This document shows positions 38,398 to 50,879 of a stretch of DNA of 64,000 nucleotides, one piece after another; the stretch's first letter is position 1; the number at the start of each line of letters is the position of its first letter. The stretch is from NCBI GenBank assembly GCA_964016885.1, contig OZ024740.1, forward strand, positions 186,001-250,000, written 5' to 3'. The position numbers and the translations under genes are program-made. The notes under the pieces were generated by a model. That model did no database searches. It was not told the origin of the DNA and saw only the letters and a list, made by a program, of their open reading frames with translations. This DNA is from Eledone cirrhosa (Eukaryota).

Positions 38398-38434
<37 letters not shown>

Positions 38435-38451
38435 AATATATATATATATAA

Positions 38452-40147
38452 ATTGATTGACGAATATAGGGTCCAAGAGGCGATTAGGGAAATGAAAAAT
38501 GGTAAGGCGGCCGGACCATCGGGAATAGTTGCTGAGATGCTGAAGGCATCAGGGGACATAGGCACTAAACTGGTTGCACGCATCATCAATCAGGCTATAT
38601 ATGGTGGTGTCATACCCAAAGACTGGTGCAGCAGTATTCTCATAAATTGCTACAAAGGTAAAGGGGATGCTTTGGAGAGGAGCAATTATAGGGGTATAAA
38701 ACTGATAGATCAGGTTATGAAAGTGGCAGAAAGTATTTTAGCACAACTAATTAGAGAAAGGGTCAAACTAGATGAGATGCAGTTTGGTTTTGTGCCTGGG
38801 AAGAGTACAACAGATGCCCTCTTCTTGGTGAGACAAATGCAAGAGAGGTTCTTGGAGAAGAATAAGCCACTATACTTAGCCTTTGTTGACCTAGAGAAGG
38901 CCTTTGATAGGGTACCCCGATCTGTCATCTGGTGGTCCCTAAGGAAGCTGGGTGTTGAGGAATGGCTTGTGAGGACAGTGCAAACTTTGTACAGAGGTAC
39001 TCTCAGTAAAGTCAGGGTAGGAATGGAGTTTAGTGAGGAATTCCAGATACAAGTAGGAGTACATCAGGGTTCGGTCCTCAGCCCGCTCTTGTTCATTATA
39101 GTCCTCCAAGCCATAACAGAGGAGTTTAAGACTGGCTGTCCATGGGAACTTCTCTATGCTGACGATCTGGCTCTTATGGCAGAATCAGTAGAGGAGCTAG
39201 AGAATAAATTCCGGCTATGGAAACAGCAGTTGGAAGCAAGAGGACTGAGAGTAAATCTAGCTAAGACAAAAGTGTTGATGAGTAGAAAAGAGGACAAAAC
39301 CCTGATTCCGTCAGGGAAATGGCCATGTTCGATATGCAGAAAAGGAACTGGCATAAATTCTATAAAATGCACACAATGCAGGTCCTGGGCACACAAGAGA
39401 TGTAGCGGGATAGCCGGCAAACTAACAGGTAGGGAGAAATATGTATGCAGTAGATGTACAGGGAAATTAGACAGTAGAAGTCGCACTGATAGACACATTT
39501 TTCAAATGCGAGAGGGCGCTATAGAAGTGGTGGATAGCTTCCAGTACCTAGGAGATCAGATTAGCATGGCAGGAGGGTGTTCCGAGGCCATAGTATCTCG
39601 AATAAGGACGGGTTGGAAGAAGTTTAGGGAGCTGCTTCCTCTGTTGACGAAGAAGGGTTTCTCCCTGCGTACGAAAGGCCGGTTGTATGATGCCTGTGTG
39701 AGGAGCGCGATGCTGCATGGTAGTGAGACATGGGCAGCAACCGCAGAAGATATGCGACGGCTGGAGAGAAATGAGGCAAGCATGCTCCATTGGATGTGCA
39801 GTGTAAATGTGCGTGAACGACCCAGCATAAATGTGTTGAGAGAGAAACTGTGTCTGAGAGGGATAGAATGTAGTGTACGGGAGAGGAGACTGAGGTGGTA
39901 TGGACATGTGATGCGCATGGAGGATGACCGATGGGTGAAGAAGTACCAGGAAATGCCAGTTGAAGGAAGACGTGGTAGAGGTAGACCACGAAAAACATGG
40001 GCGGAGGTGGTGAGAACAGACCTCAGATCATTGAAGCTCACGGTGGAGATGACGAGGGACCGTGACGAGTGGAGAGATGCTGTGCTGAATAAGACCCGTC
40101 CCACCCTTGCAAGCAGGGAAAAGCGGACGTAAAATGATGATGATGAT
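38452..40147 (+). mobile_element. RTE family B, 5'-truncated, uninterrupted RT-PHD-thumb ORF (559 aa)
   Basis: ORF 38453..40132; stop codon directly precedes the (ATG)n tail; (TA)n on both sides. Confidence 0.95.
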
Positions 40148-40708
<561 letters not shown>

Positions 40709-40709
<1 letters not shown>

Positions 40710-41903
40710 CATCATCATCACCGTTTTACGTCCGTTCTTCCATGCTAGCATGGGTTAGACGGGTTGTCCTGTTGTGGGCAGTGTCTGGTCGGCTGACCAT
40801 GCCTTGCTCATACAGGAACTGATCTGGCTTGATTTCTACAGCTGGATGCCCTTCCTAACACCAACCTCATTTACAGTGAGTGCTGGGTGCTTTTTCGTGG
40901 CGCCTACACGTCCACTTTACAGTGTGGGCTGGGTGCTTTTTTGCCGTGGCACCTCCACGACCACCTTGCGGTGGGGGGTGTGGGGGCATATTGTTTATAT
41001 GCTTCAGCATGTACCCATGGGAGGTCGGGTACTCTGTATTACTGCGTGACGCCAGAAGTCACGTTCGTGTGTCATTGTCTTTGAGAGGTGTAATTGGGTA
41101 AGGTCGGCTTTTATCTCCCCACTCCGCGGTTTCCATCAACTTCTAGTGCTCTGCACCGTTTTATGCAGCTATCATCCTTCATACGCATCACATGTCCATA
41201 CCAGCGCAACCGCCTCTCCTGCACACAGCATTTGATTCCTCGTATGCTCAGTCTCTCTCTCAATTTATTTATGCTTTGTCGTTCACGTATATTACTGTTA
41301 CACATCCATCGGAGCATGCAGGCTTCGTTTCTCTCTAATCTACGTAAGTCTTCCACCTTCAGCGCCCAGGTCTCACTACCATGCAACATCGCTGTTCGGA
41401 TACATGCATCATACAGTCTGCCTTTCATTCTGAGGGAGAAGCCTTTTGCAGCTAGCAGTGGTAGTAGTTCCCTAAACTTCTTCCATCCCGTTCTTACCCT
41501 AGTTATTGTACTTTCTGAACACCCACCTCCGTTGCTAATTCGGTCACCTAGGTAGCAGAAGCTGTCTACTGTTTCTACAGGGCCCTCCCAGAGATTGGTG
41601 GTACTTGTTTCCTGTGGCTGTTTGCTGCTTGCTGTTTCAGCACAGCTGCTGCGTGTGAATCCTACATTCTTAATTAAGCTTCCTGAGATCCCGCTACATC
41701 TCTTGTGTACCCATTGTTTGCATTTGGGGCAGAGAATGGAGTTCCTACCTACACCTTTCCTACATACTGAGCAAGGCCATTTCCCTGAGGGGATCTGGGT
41801 TCTGTTTTCTCGTCTACTTACAAGGACGTTAGTCTTTGACATGTGGATTTTGAGACACGTTCTCTCTAGTCCCTGCTTCCAGATTTGGAATTTAATCTCT
41901 ATG
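40709..41903 (-). mobile_element. RTE family A 3' fragment
   Basis: ORF 41111..41842 near-identical to 34367..35365; small deletion at ~41113; (CAT)n at 40709. Confidence 0.92.
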
Positions 41904-41942
41904 GAATTTATATAAATATATAAATATATATTTATAAATATA

Positions 41943-42275
41943 TCATCATCAGTTTACGTCTGCTTTTCCCTGCTTGCAAGGGTGGGACGGGAACTGATGC
42001 TGGCTTGATTTCTACAGCTGGATGCCCTTCCTAACACCAACCTCATTTTCAGAGAGTGCTGGGTACTTTTTTGCCGTGGCACCTCCACGACCACTTTGCA
42101 GTGGAATGATATGAACCCCAGTCCCTATCATCTCATTTCTACAGCTGAGTAAACTGGAGCAATGTGAAATAAAGTGTCTTGCTCAAGGAAACAACACATC
42201 ACACGGTCTGAGAATTGAACTCACAACCTTTCGATTGCAAGGCTAATGCTCTAACCACTAAGCCATGTGCCTCCA
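41943..42275 (-). mobile_element. tRNA-CORE SINE with RTE-B tail, full length, in (TA)n
   Basis: Reverse-complement match to 28224..28570. Confidence 0.9.
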
Positions 42276-42276
42276 C

Positions 42277-42327
<51 letters not shown>

Positions 42328-42330
42328 AAA

Positions 42331-42361
<31 letters not shown>

Positions 42362-42401
42362 ATATATATATATAAATAAATATATATATATAAATAAATA
42401 A

Positions 42402-42434
<33 letters not shown>

Positions 42435-42504
42435 AAGACAAATTCTTTATATATATATATATAAAGACAAATATATATATATATATAAATATATATATAT
42501 ATAA

Positions 42505-45500
42505 AGACAAATTCACCTCGTGGACGAGAATGCAGGCACTCCGCCTTGTTTCGGCCCAGGATGGCTAACATAACCCCATCCCCCCCCGCGCCCCACCCCT
42601 CCCACCCTCCAAACGCAATCCAAAACTTCAGAGTTGGTACCATGAATGTAGGCACCTTAAAGGGTCGCTCTAACGAGGTTGTAGAAATGCTTGACGTAAG
42701 GAGGTCGATGTTTGTTGTATTCAAGAGACCAGGTGGAGGGGAGGGTCGGCTAGATTCATCGTGGGTAAAGAACGATGCTATAAGCTTTTCTGGGTGGGAA
42801 ATGACAATGGGTTGGGTGGGGTAGGAATCATGGTAGCAGAAAAGTGGGCAGATAAGATAATAGACGTAAATAGAGTGAACGACAGAATAATTAAAATAAG
42901 ACTTGTCCTCAATAAAACTACGGTGACAGTAATATCTGCGTACGCACCACAATCCGGACTGCCCGGTGCTATAAAAGACAGATTCTACGAGACACTGATG
43001 CTCGCTACCTCCCAAATAACCGACAGTGACTATATAGTTATTGCAGGCGACCTAAATGGTCACGTTGGACAGCATTGTGACGGCTATGACGGAATCCATG
43101 GAGGCTATGGGTTCGGTACTAGAAATGAGGAAGGCTCCAGAATCCTGGAATTCTGCGACGCAAATAACTTAACTATCTGTAACACTAACTTCAAAAAACG
43201 AGACAATCACTTGATCACCTATAGATCGGGGGAACACACAAGCCAGGTAGATTATATCCTTACCAGAAGACGTGACAGAGTGTCTGTTGTTAACACTAAA
43301 TCCCTCCCCCATGAAGAATTCACCTCCCAACATAGACTGATAATTAGCGACCTCATAGTCAGGACGAGACGTACTAGACAGCGGAAGAGGACTATCCTCA
43401 GGAGAAAAATATGGAAGCTAAAGGACCCCATAGCCAGAAATAAATTTCAAAGCATATTACTCGACGCTTTCGACAGTAAGGAAGAGCAATTAGAGTCGTA
43501 TAATATAGAGGAACAGTGGGAATTCCTGAGAGCAAACCTGCTGACGGCGGCAGACGAAGTCTGTGGCTGGAGCAGGCCTGTAGGTAGGAGAGTAACATGG
43601 TGGTGGAACAGTAAGGTGGAGGAGTCAATTAAGGCCAAAAAGCAGGCTTGGAAAGCATGGCGGGATGGGGGAAGTAGAGAAGACTATCAGGTGGCCAGGA
43701 GGGAAGCTAGGAGACAAGTGTACTTCGCAAGAAGGGAAGCAGAGGAAATAAAGTTCAAGCATGTTCTACAACGTGAGGACCAAAAACGTGAGGTGTTCAG
43801 GATTACCAGGCAATGTGTCAAGGAAAACCGTGATATTGTCGGGGAGAAGTGTGTGCTTAACGATGATGGCATACTTGCCATCACCGACGCTGATAAGAAG
43901 GTAGCTTGGAAGTGTCACTACGAAAGGCTTCTAAATGAGGAGAACAAATGGGAGAAAGACAGTCTCCCCCACATTGACCCAATAGAGGGACCAGCAGTGT
44001 TAGTCCAGGGTAGTACAATAAGCAAGGCAATCAAAGATATGAAGACGGGTAAGGCGGCTGGTCCTTCGGAAATAGTTGCTGAGATGCTGAAGGCATCTGG
44101 TTCGGTGGGACACACCATGGTCACCCGGATAATAAACCAAGTCGTACAGAATGGGGTTGTTCCGAAGGACTGGCGTAGCAGCATCATCGTTAACTGCTAT
44201 AAGGGAAAAGGAGATGCCCTAGATAGGAGTAACTATAGAGGCATTAAATTAATCGACCAGGTCATGAAGGTCACGGAAAAAGTAATAGCGCAACTAATCA
44301 GAGAGAGAATTGATCTAGATGAAATGCAGTTCGGGTTTGTGTCAGGCAAAAGTACCACAGACGCTCTTTTCATTGTACGACAACTACAGGAGAAGTACCT
44401 AGCTAAAAGTAAACCCCTATACTTAGCTTTCGTCGACTTGGAGAAAGCCTTCGACAGAGTCCCCCGTTCCATTATCTGGTGGTCTCTTAGAAAACTAGGT
44501 GTTGACGAATGGCTTGTGAGAGCTATACAAGCCATGTATAAAGAAACAGTCAGTAAGGTTAGAATTAACAACGAATATAGTGAAGAGTTTAGCGTAAAAG
44601 TTGGTGTCCATCAGGGCTCTGTTCTTAGCCCCCTACTATTTATTATTGCCCTTCAGGCTATAACAGAGGAGTTCAAGACCGGCTGCCCATGGGAACTCCT
44701 ATACGCAGATGATCTAACGCTCATAGCTGAATCAATGACCGAACTAGAGAAGAAATTCCAAACATGGAAGCACGGCCTAGAATCAAAAGGCCTTAAAATT
44801 AACCTGGCTAAGACAAAAGTTCTAGTTTGTAGGAAAGAAAATATGGCGGCAGTCCCATCTGGGAAATGGCCATGCTCAGTGTGTAGGAAAGGCGTAGGTA
44901 GAAACTCCATTTTATGTCCCAAATGCAAAGTATGGGTGCATAAAAGATGTAGTGGGATCACAGGTAAGCTAACTAAGAACATAGATTTTACATGTGGCCG
45001 GTGCTCTGGTGCAATAAGTAGCAGCAAGTGCCCACAAAATACTAGCTCCTTCAACTGCGCAGAGGGTTCTATAGAAATAGTGGACAGCTTCCGTTACCTG
45101 GGTGACAAAATCAGCAGTGGGGGAGGGTGCTCTGAAAGTACAGTAGCTAGAGTCAGAACTGGATGGAAAAAGTTCAGAGAGCTTATACCACTATTAGCCG
45201 CTAGAGGGTTCTCCCTAAAAATGAAAGGCAGGTTATACGATGCCTGCATACGAACAGCAATGCTGCATGGCAGTGAGACCTGGGCATTGTGTGCAGAGGA
45301 TATACGCAGACTAGAGAGGAACGAAGCTTGCATGCTCCGCTGGATGTGCAATAGTAATATACGTGAACGGCAAAGCATAAACGAACTAAGGAAAAAATTA
45401 GAAATAAGAGGGATCAGATGTTTACTCGAGAGAAGGCTACGTTGGTGCGGTCACGTGATGCGCATGAAAGACGACAGCTGTATAACAAAGTGCAGGGCAA

Positions 45501-46161
45501 TAAAGATAGACGGTAGCCACGGAGTAGGCAGACCCAGAAAAACATGGGACGAGCTGATAAATTCCGACCTCACACGCTTACACCTCTCCAAGACAATGTC
45601 ACTGGACCGAGACCTTTGGCGGTACTCAGTAATAGAGAAGACCCGCCTTACCTAAATACAAAGTAAAAACCTACTACAGTCAGTAGGCATCTCTATCAAA
45701 ACACCCCCCGTCCCACCACCTCCACCCCATCCACACCGCCCCTTTCAGTGTACAGTTATGTTGGTCCCACAACATCCAGGCCGAAACAAATGAGATCGTG
45801 TAGGTGTCACAACAAAAAAACACACAGTCCACGCTGTAAATGTGGCCGTGTAGGCAACACGGTAAAAACCTCCCAGCCCCACACTGTAAATGTGGTTGGT
45901 GTTAGGAAGGGCATCCAGCTGTAGAAAACCCGCCAGACAGTCCACGCTGTAATGTGGCCGTGTAGGCAACACGGTAAAAACCTCCCAGCCCCACACTGTA
46001 AATGTGGTTGGTGTTAGGAAGGGCATCCAACTGTAGAAAACCCGCCAGACAGTCCTATGCGAGCAAGACAACCACTCTTGCCTCAAGTGGGAAAACCCCC
46101 GTCCAAACCCATGCAAGCGTGGAACACGGACGCTAAACCTGATGATGATGATGATGATGAT
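42505..46161 (+). mobile_element. RTE family C, near full-length young copy
   Basis: Short 5' leader, APE-RT-PHD ORF, ~490-bp 3' UTR, (GAT)n tail, (TA)n both sides. Confidence 0.95.
42561..45655 (+). CDS. RTE polyprotein: AP endonuclease + reverse transcriptase with embedded PHD finger (~1030 aa if a 1-bp deletion at ~42694 is corrected)
   Basis: ATG 42561 MANIT...[10 protein letters not shown]; frame shifts at atg ctt ga- cgt aag gag gtc gat gtt tgt tgt att caa gag ([14 protein letters not shown]) and continues into the 964-aa ORF 42761..45655. Confidence 0.9.
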
Positions 46162-46167
46162 ATATAA

Positions 46168-46239
<72 letters not shown>

Positions 46240-46242
<3 letters not shown>

Positions 46243-48060
46243 AGCTGGGACTCCTACTTAAACTTACCTATAGTAATAATTATCTAGACACATATGATCT
46301 TAGCAACCTGTGCCCGACAAGACCAGCATGAAGCAGACCACCTACCATTACCTCAATGGCCAAGAAAACCCATACAGATAGATGGAATGGGTGGACCAGA
46401 GCCATACGGACCCCCGAAAACCACGATGAACTAAAGAAAATGATTGCACATGCGGTGGGGGCCAGCATAAAATTAAGCCTTAAGGAACATATGTTCAAAT
46501 TTAATGGAAAAACATATGCCCAAGAGGAGGGAGCAGCCATTGGTGTTAGCATTGCAGGCGACATAGCTAACTTATTCATGGTATGGTGGGACAGTAGACT
46601 TAAACTTAAACTTAAAGAATAATTAGAAGACCCCTTCACCCTGATAATGTACTCACACTACATTGATGATATAAACATCATAGTTAAAACACCCCCACTA
46701 GAGAACAGTCAGGAATTAGTGAAAAACGCCATGGAAAGCATCCAGCAAATAGCTAACACCATCAACCAGAGTATTAGAGTTACTATAGACTACCCAAGCA
46801 AACAGCCCAACCATCGATTACCTGTACTAGACACAGAGCTCTAGTTAGAAACCATTAATAACAAAAAACAAATCCTCCATTCCCATTATGCCAAACCCAT
46901 GACTTCCAAATATCTGATCCACCGAAACTCAGCTGTTTCGAACCATACCAAAATCAACATACTGATGCGAATTTGGTACGGGTGATGAGAAACGTGTCCC
47001 GCATGTGCAACCACAAAGAACTAGAGAGACACATACAACACTTCATCCACCGTATGCAGTTCTCTGGTTACAATCAGAGAGATAAAATCAGAGTGTATAG
47101 AGGAGCCAGAACCAAATGGGAAAAAATGGTAAATAATGACACAAATGGGACCTGCCCCTTGTATAGGAGCAAATTTTGGAATAGAATAGAAAAAACTAGG
47201 AATAAGGCTAATAGAATAAACTCATGGTATGATAGCAATAAATACCAGAGTGTAATGTTCATCGATACAACCCCTAGAGGTGAATTGCTTACAAATTTAG
47301 AAGGGCCCTAGATAAATATAAACTCAATATTAAGATAGTAGAAAGACCAGGTACCTCCATAAAAACACTTATTAGCAAGACATACCCTTTTCAAAGACCT
47401 TCCTGTATAGATAAGAAATGTATAATCTGTAAATTAAGCCCCCATATTAACTGTAAAAGTAGAAATGTAGTATATAGCATAAGATGTACTGAAGGACAAT
47501 GTAGAGATAAAAATATAGTGTACATAGGTGAGACAGCTCGTAGTATAGGGGAATGGATAAATGAACACTGGCAAGACCTTCAAGATAGTAAAGAATCATC
47601 TGCACTCTACCAACATGCTAAAATAGAACATAAGGGTAAATTAGAGAACATAAAAATAAAAATAGAATCTACACACAGAAAAGACGCAATGTTTAGACAA
47701 ATCACAGAGGCAATAAACATAAATGAATTACAACCAAAATTAAATAGAAAACATGAATGGAACAGCAACATCACAACTTACAATTAAGGACAAAATGAAA
47801 ACACACACGCACATAGAACAAACAACCAACCAGTAACATGTAAATAAACAAATAAATAAATATAAACACACACGACACCCGGATGTAACACATGCGCAAA
47901 CTAAGCACACAACACACAAAAACAAGATGGCGTAGGACAGAACAAAGGAGAGGCACAAAAAGCAAAGAAAAGAAACCCCAGTCACTGAATGTGTGACGAA
48001 AGAACTTTGACAATATATAAACAACCATCTGGTTGTGGAACCAACCAACCAACCAACCGG
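46240..48060 (+). mobile_element. Penelope-like element, degenerate (RT + Cys linker + GIY-YIG)
   Basis: FKFNGKTYAQEEGAAIG, HYIDDINI, LPVLD, Cys-rich linker CIDKKCIIC..NC, VVYSIRC..YIGETARS..EH..RQITEAINI..LNRKHEW. Confidence 0.9.
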
Positions 48061-48222
48061 AAATTTATAAATTCCTAAATTTATAAATTTATTATAATAA
48101 ATTGAAGCGAAAGCAACTGGTGCGTGTGTTTCTTATTGGCAACATGACCCTCCCAAAGTATAACAATATCGGTTTCAACACACGTTTTCAGATAAAGAAT
48201 CTTGCTAAACAAATTCAGAAAC

Positions 48223-48259
<37 letters not shown>

Positions 48260-48307
48260 CAGGAAAGAAGGTTTACATGGTTTGCTATACAAAAAAGTTT
48301 TTAATCA

Positions 48308-48420
48308 CATAGCTTACATTTGTTTCACTGAACTGGTATGTCTAGAGATCGCTATCCGCCTAATTTTGCGTCACTCGATCGCCAATACAGAATTATAACC
48401 AGTCAGATCTTCGGAGCATG
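48308..48420 (-). ncRNA. Mirror-image hammerhead motif on the opposite strand
   Basis: Identical reverse-complement copy produced by the palindrome. Confidence 0.68.
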
Positions 48421-48529
48421 CTCCGAAGATCTGACTGGTTATAATTCTGTATTGGCGATCGAGTGACGCAAAATTAGGCGGATAGCGATCTCTAGACATA
48501 CCAGTTCAGTGAAACAAATGTAAGCTATG
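48417..48529 (+). ncRNA. Type I hammerhead ribozyme motif (predicted)
   Basis: Stem I catgct/agc(t)atg; core CCGAAGA (48423-29); stem II ctgactgg/ccag(t)tcag with long insert; GAAAC (48511-15) aaat GTA, predicted cleavage after 48522. Confidence 0.7.
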
Positions 48530-48789
48530 TGATTAAAAACTTTTTTGTATAGCAAACCATGTAAACCTCTTTCCTGATTTATTATTACTCCAAGTGTTTA
48601 CAACATAGGAATTACAGCATACCCGCAGCATCACTATGAAAACGCCTTGTTGAGTCAAACCAAGCCAAGCGTTAATATCATCCACTACCTGGAATACCAT
48701 AACTGGACTTCACCTAAGTGGACTGCATTTAACTATTATTTGTTAATCCGTATATATATATATATATATATATAAATATATATATAAAT

Positions 48790-48824
<35 letters not shown>

Positions 48825-48841
48825 AATAAATATATATATAT

Positions 48842-48964
<123 letters not shown>

Positions 48965-48984
48965 AATATATAAATATATATATA

Positions 48985-49270
48985 TCTCAGACCGGGTGAT
49001 GTGTTGTTTCCTTGAGCAAGACACTTTATTTCACATTGCTCCAGTTTACTCAGCTGTAGAAATGAGATGATAGGGACTGGGGTCCATATCATTCCACTGC
49101 AAAGTGGTCGTGGAGGTGCCATGGCCAAAAAAAAGCACCCAGCACTCACTGTAAATGAGGTTGGTGTTAGGAAGGGCATCCAGCTGTAGAAATCAAGCCA
49201 GCATCAGTTCCCGTCCCACCCTTGCAAGCAGGGAAAAAGCGGACGTAAAATGAAATTATGAAATGATGAT
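48985..49270 (+). mobile_element. tRNA-CORE SINE with RTE-B tail, 5'-truncated, in (TA)n
   Basis: Matches 28286..28570. Confidence 0.9.
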
Positions 49271-49274
49271 ATAA

Positions 49275-49322
<48 letters not shown>

Positions 49323-49355
49323 TACATTAATCAAAGTTCTGTTTAAACCATTTAT

Positions 49356-49404
49356 TCGCTTACAATTGTTTCTTCCAAACCGAGGTTTGGAGTCTTCGGA
49401 GCAA
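49356..49404 (-). ncRNA. Minimal type I hammerhead ribozyme motif (predicted)
   Basis: Minus strand: ttgct CCGAAGA c tccaaac ctcg gtttgga a GAAAC aatt GTA agcga; stems I-III all pair; stem III loop palindromic. Confidence 0.8.
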
Positions 49405-50879
49405 TTTTTCAATGATTGTTTACATACATGACCTCCTTTTCAACACAAGAGACATACAGAAACATATGTATATATTGATGCACAGTGGGTTGACATCCAT
49501 TATAATATTTAGCATGGCAATTTACATTCAAAGATTAAAGTCATATCAAAGAACAAAATTAAAGTTAAAATACAACATTGGCAGTTTACGAAGATAAAGC
49601 AAGAGGATAGTTTGAAGTAGTTAGCGTATGCAATAGTTACATGTGGGGCATGCACGTGTGTCTTGTTTATATAAGATTATAGTGCGGCAGGGTGTGATAT
49701 GTAATACAAGCACTTTAAGCGGGCAATCACGAGTATTATGGGGGTTGTATTGGTAAAGTATTTTCTTATATGTATGTTATAGAAGCTTGTGTGTAGAGAA
49801 ATATTAAAAATATTAAAAATATTAAAAATGAGAAGCAAAACAATGTTACAATTTTCATATAGACCACCATTTTCACAATCCAGGAAACGTAATATATAGA
49901 TTATATGTCCTTCACATAATCTACGATGATTCAATATTGGATGCTTGATGAATTATGTTAGAATATTACATCTTGTTCTTTAAACCAATTTTATAGAGCA
50001 GGTTGTTTTTGTTGTGAGAATTGACATCGTATTATTTTCCGGAAGAGTGTGTGTGATTAAGGGGAGTTAATGCGTGAGGGGAGGTAACTAGCTGATTTCT
50101 ATAACTAAATTTATTATCCTAATGTACATTAAATGGTGTCTCAAATGAGTCCCTATCATATAAGGTTATAAACAGTTTCTAAATTTAAGTATCTTATCTA
50201 TAAATTACAGTGTAGTCTATCAAGAAGTACTAAAGGTGTTCATATTAGGATGATTACCTTCTATCATAGAGTGCCACAACCGAATATTCCACATGAAGAG
50301 TCAGATCTCCAAATCAATGATCTTTGTAAGTGTAGTCTACCCACAGAACTTGGCAGGGTTTTATTAGAATCACTTCTATATATAACTCCTGGTAAGCTCT
50401 GGGTCAGTGCATGTCTGATTGCATGGCAAAGTTAAATATCACTAGGGTAGACCTGAGATCAATTCTCACTTACAATGTCACTAATCTGACCATCAAGTCA
50501 TACATGTATGTATAACTCATATATAACTTGTACATAATTCATTGTACTCAGCATATAGGTTATATAGCTCTTTAATGTTAATAAATTAAATAATCTTCCA
50601 TTTATCCAATGATGGCACTCCATACACAGAACAACATTAGCACAACCAATTCAGTGTTTAAAGTTTACATTAATTATATAGTGGTGTAATGTAGTCTAAG
50701 TAATTGAAGGCAAATATACCAAAAGTAGATGTACATGGGGATATCTCTAGGGTAAAAGGTACTAGGAGGATGTCACTATTTGTGTTAAAGTGGATCAATG
50801 AGTATGGAGATGTGGTGTAAGGTGTGCCCTTGAGGTTTGTTGCTAGAGGTGGTGACGGGTTCGAGTCTGACATTGCTAT

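Larger units (their letters stand above)
48254..48582. repeat. 329-bp near-perfect palindrome (inverted Penelope pLTR-like)
   Basis: Centre gagca|tgctc at 48418/48419, no spacer, one 1-nt indel near the outer ends; unique sequence continues to ~48750; (TA)n at both outer sides. Confidence 0.95.

Noticed and set aside
47400-47520. Selenocysteine (in-frame TGA) in the PLE Cys linker, as reported for some PLEs
   Set aside because: All Cys positions are TGT
47975-48015. Possible hammerhead half (gtcac..gtgac-GAAAG) after the plus-strand PLE
   Set aside because: No CTGANGA/CCGANGA core ahead of the stem; at best a remnant
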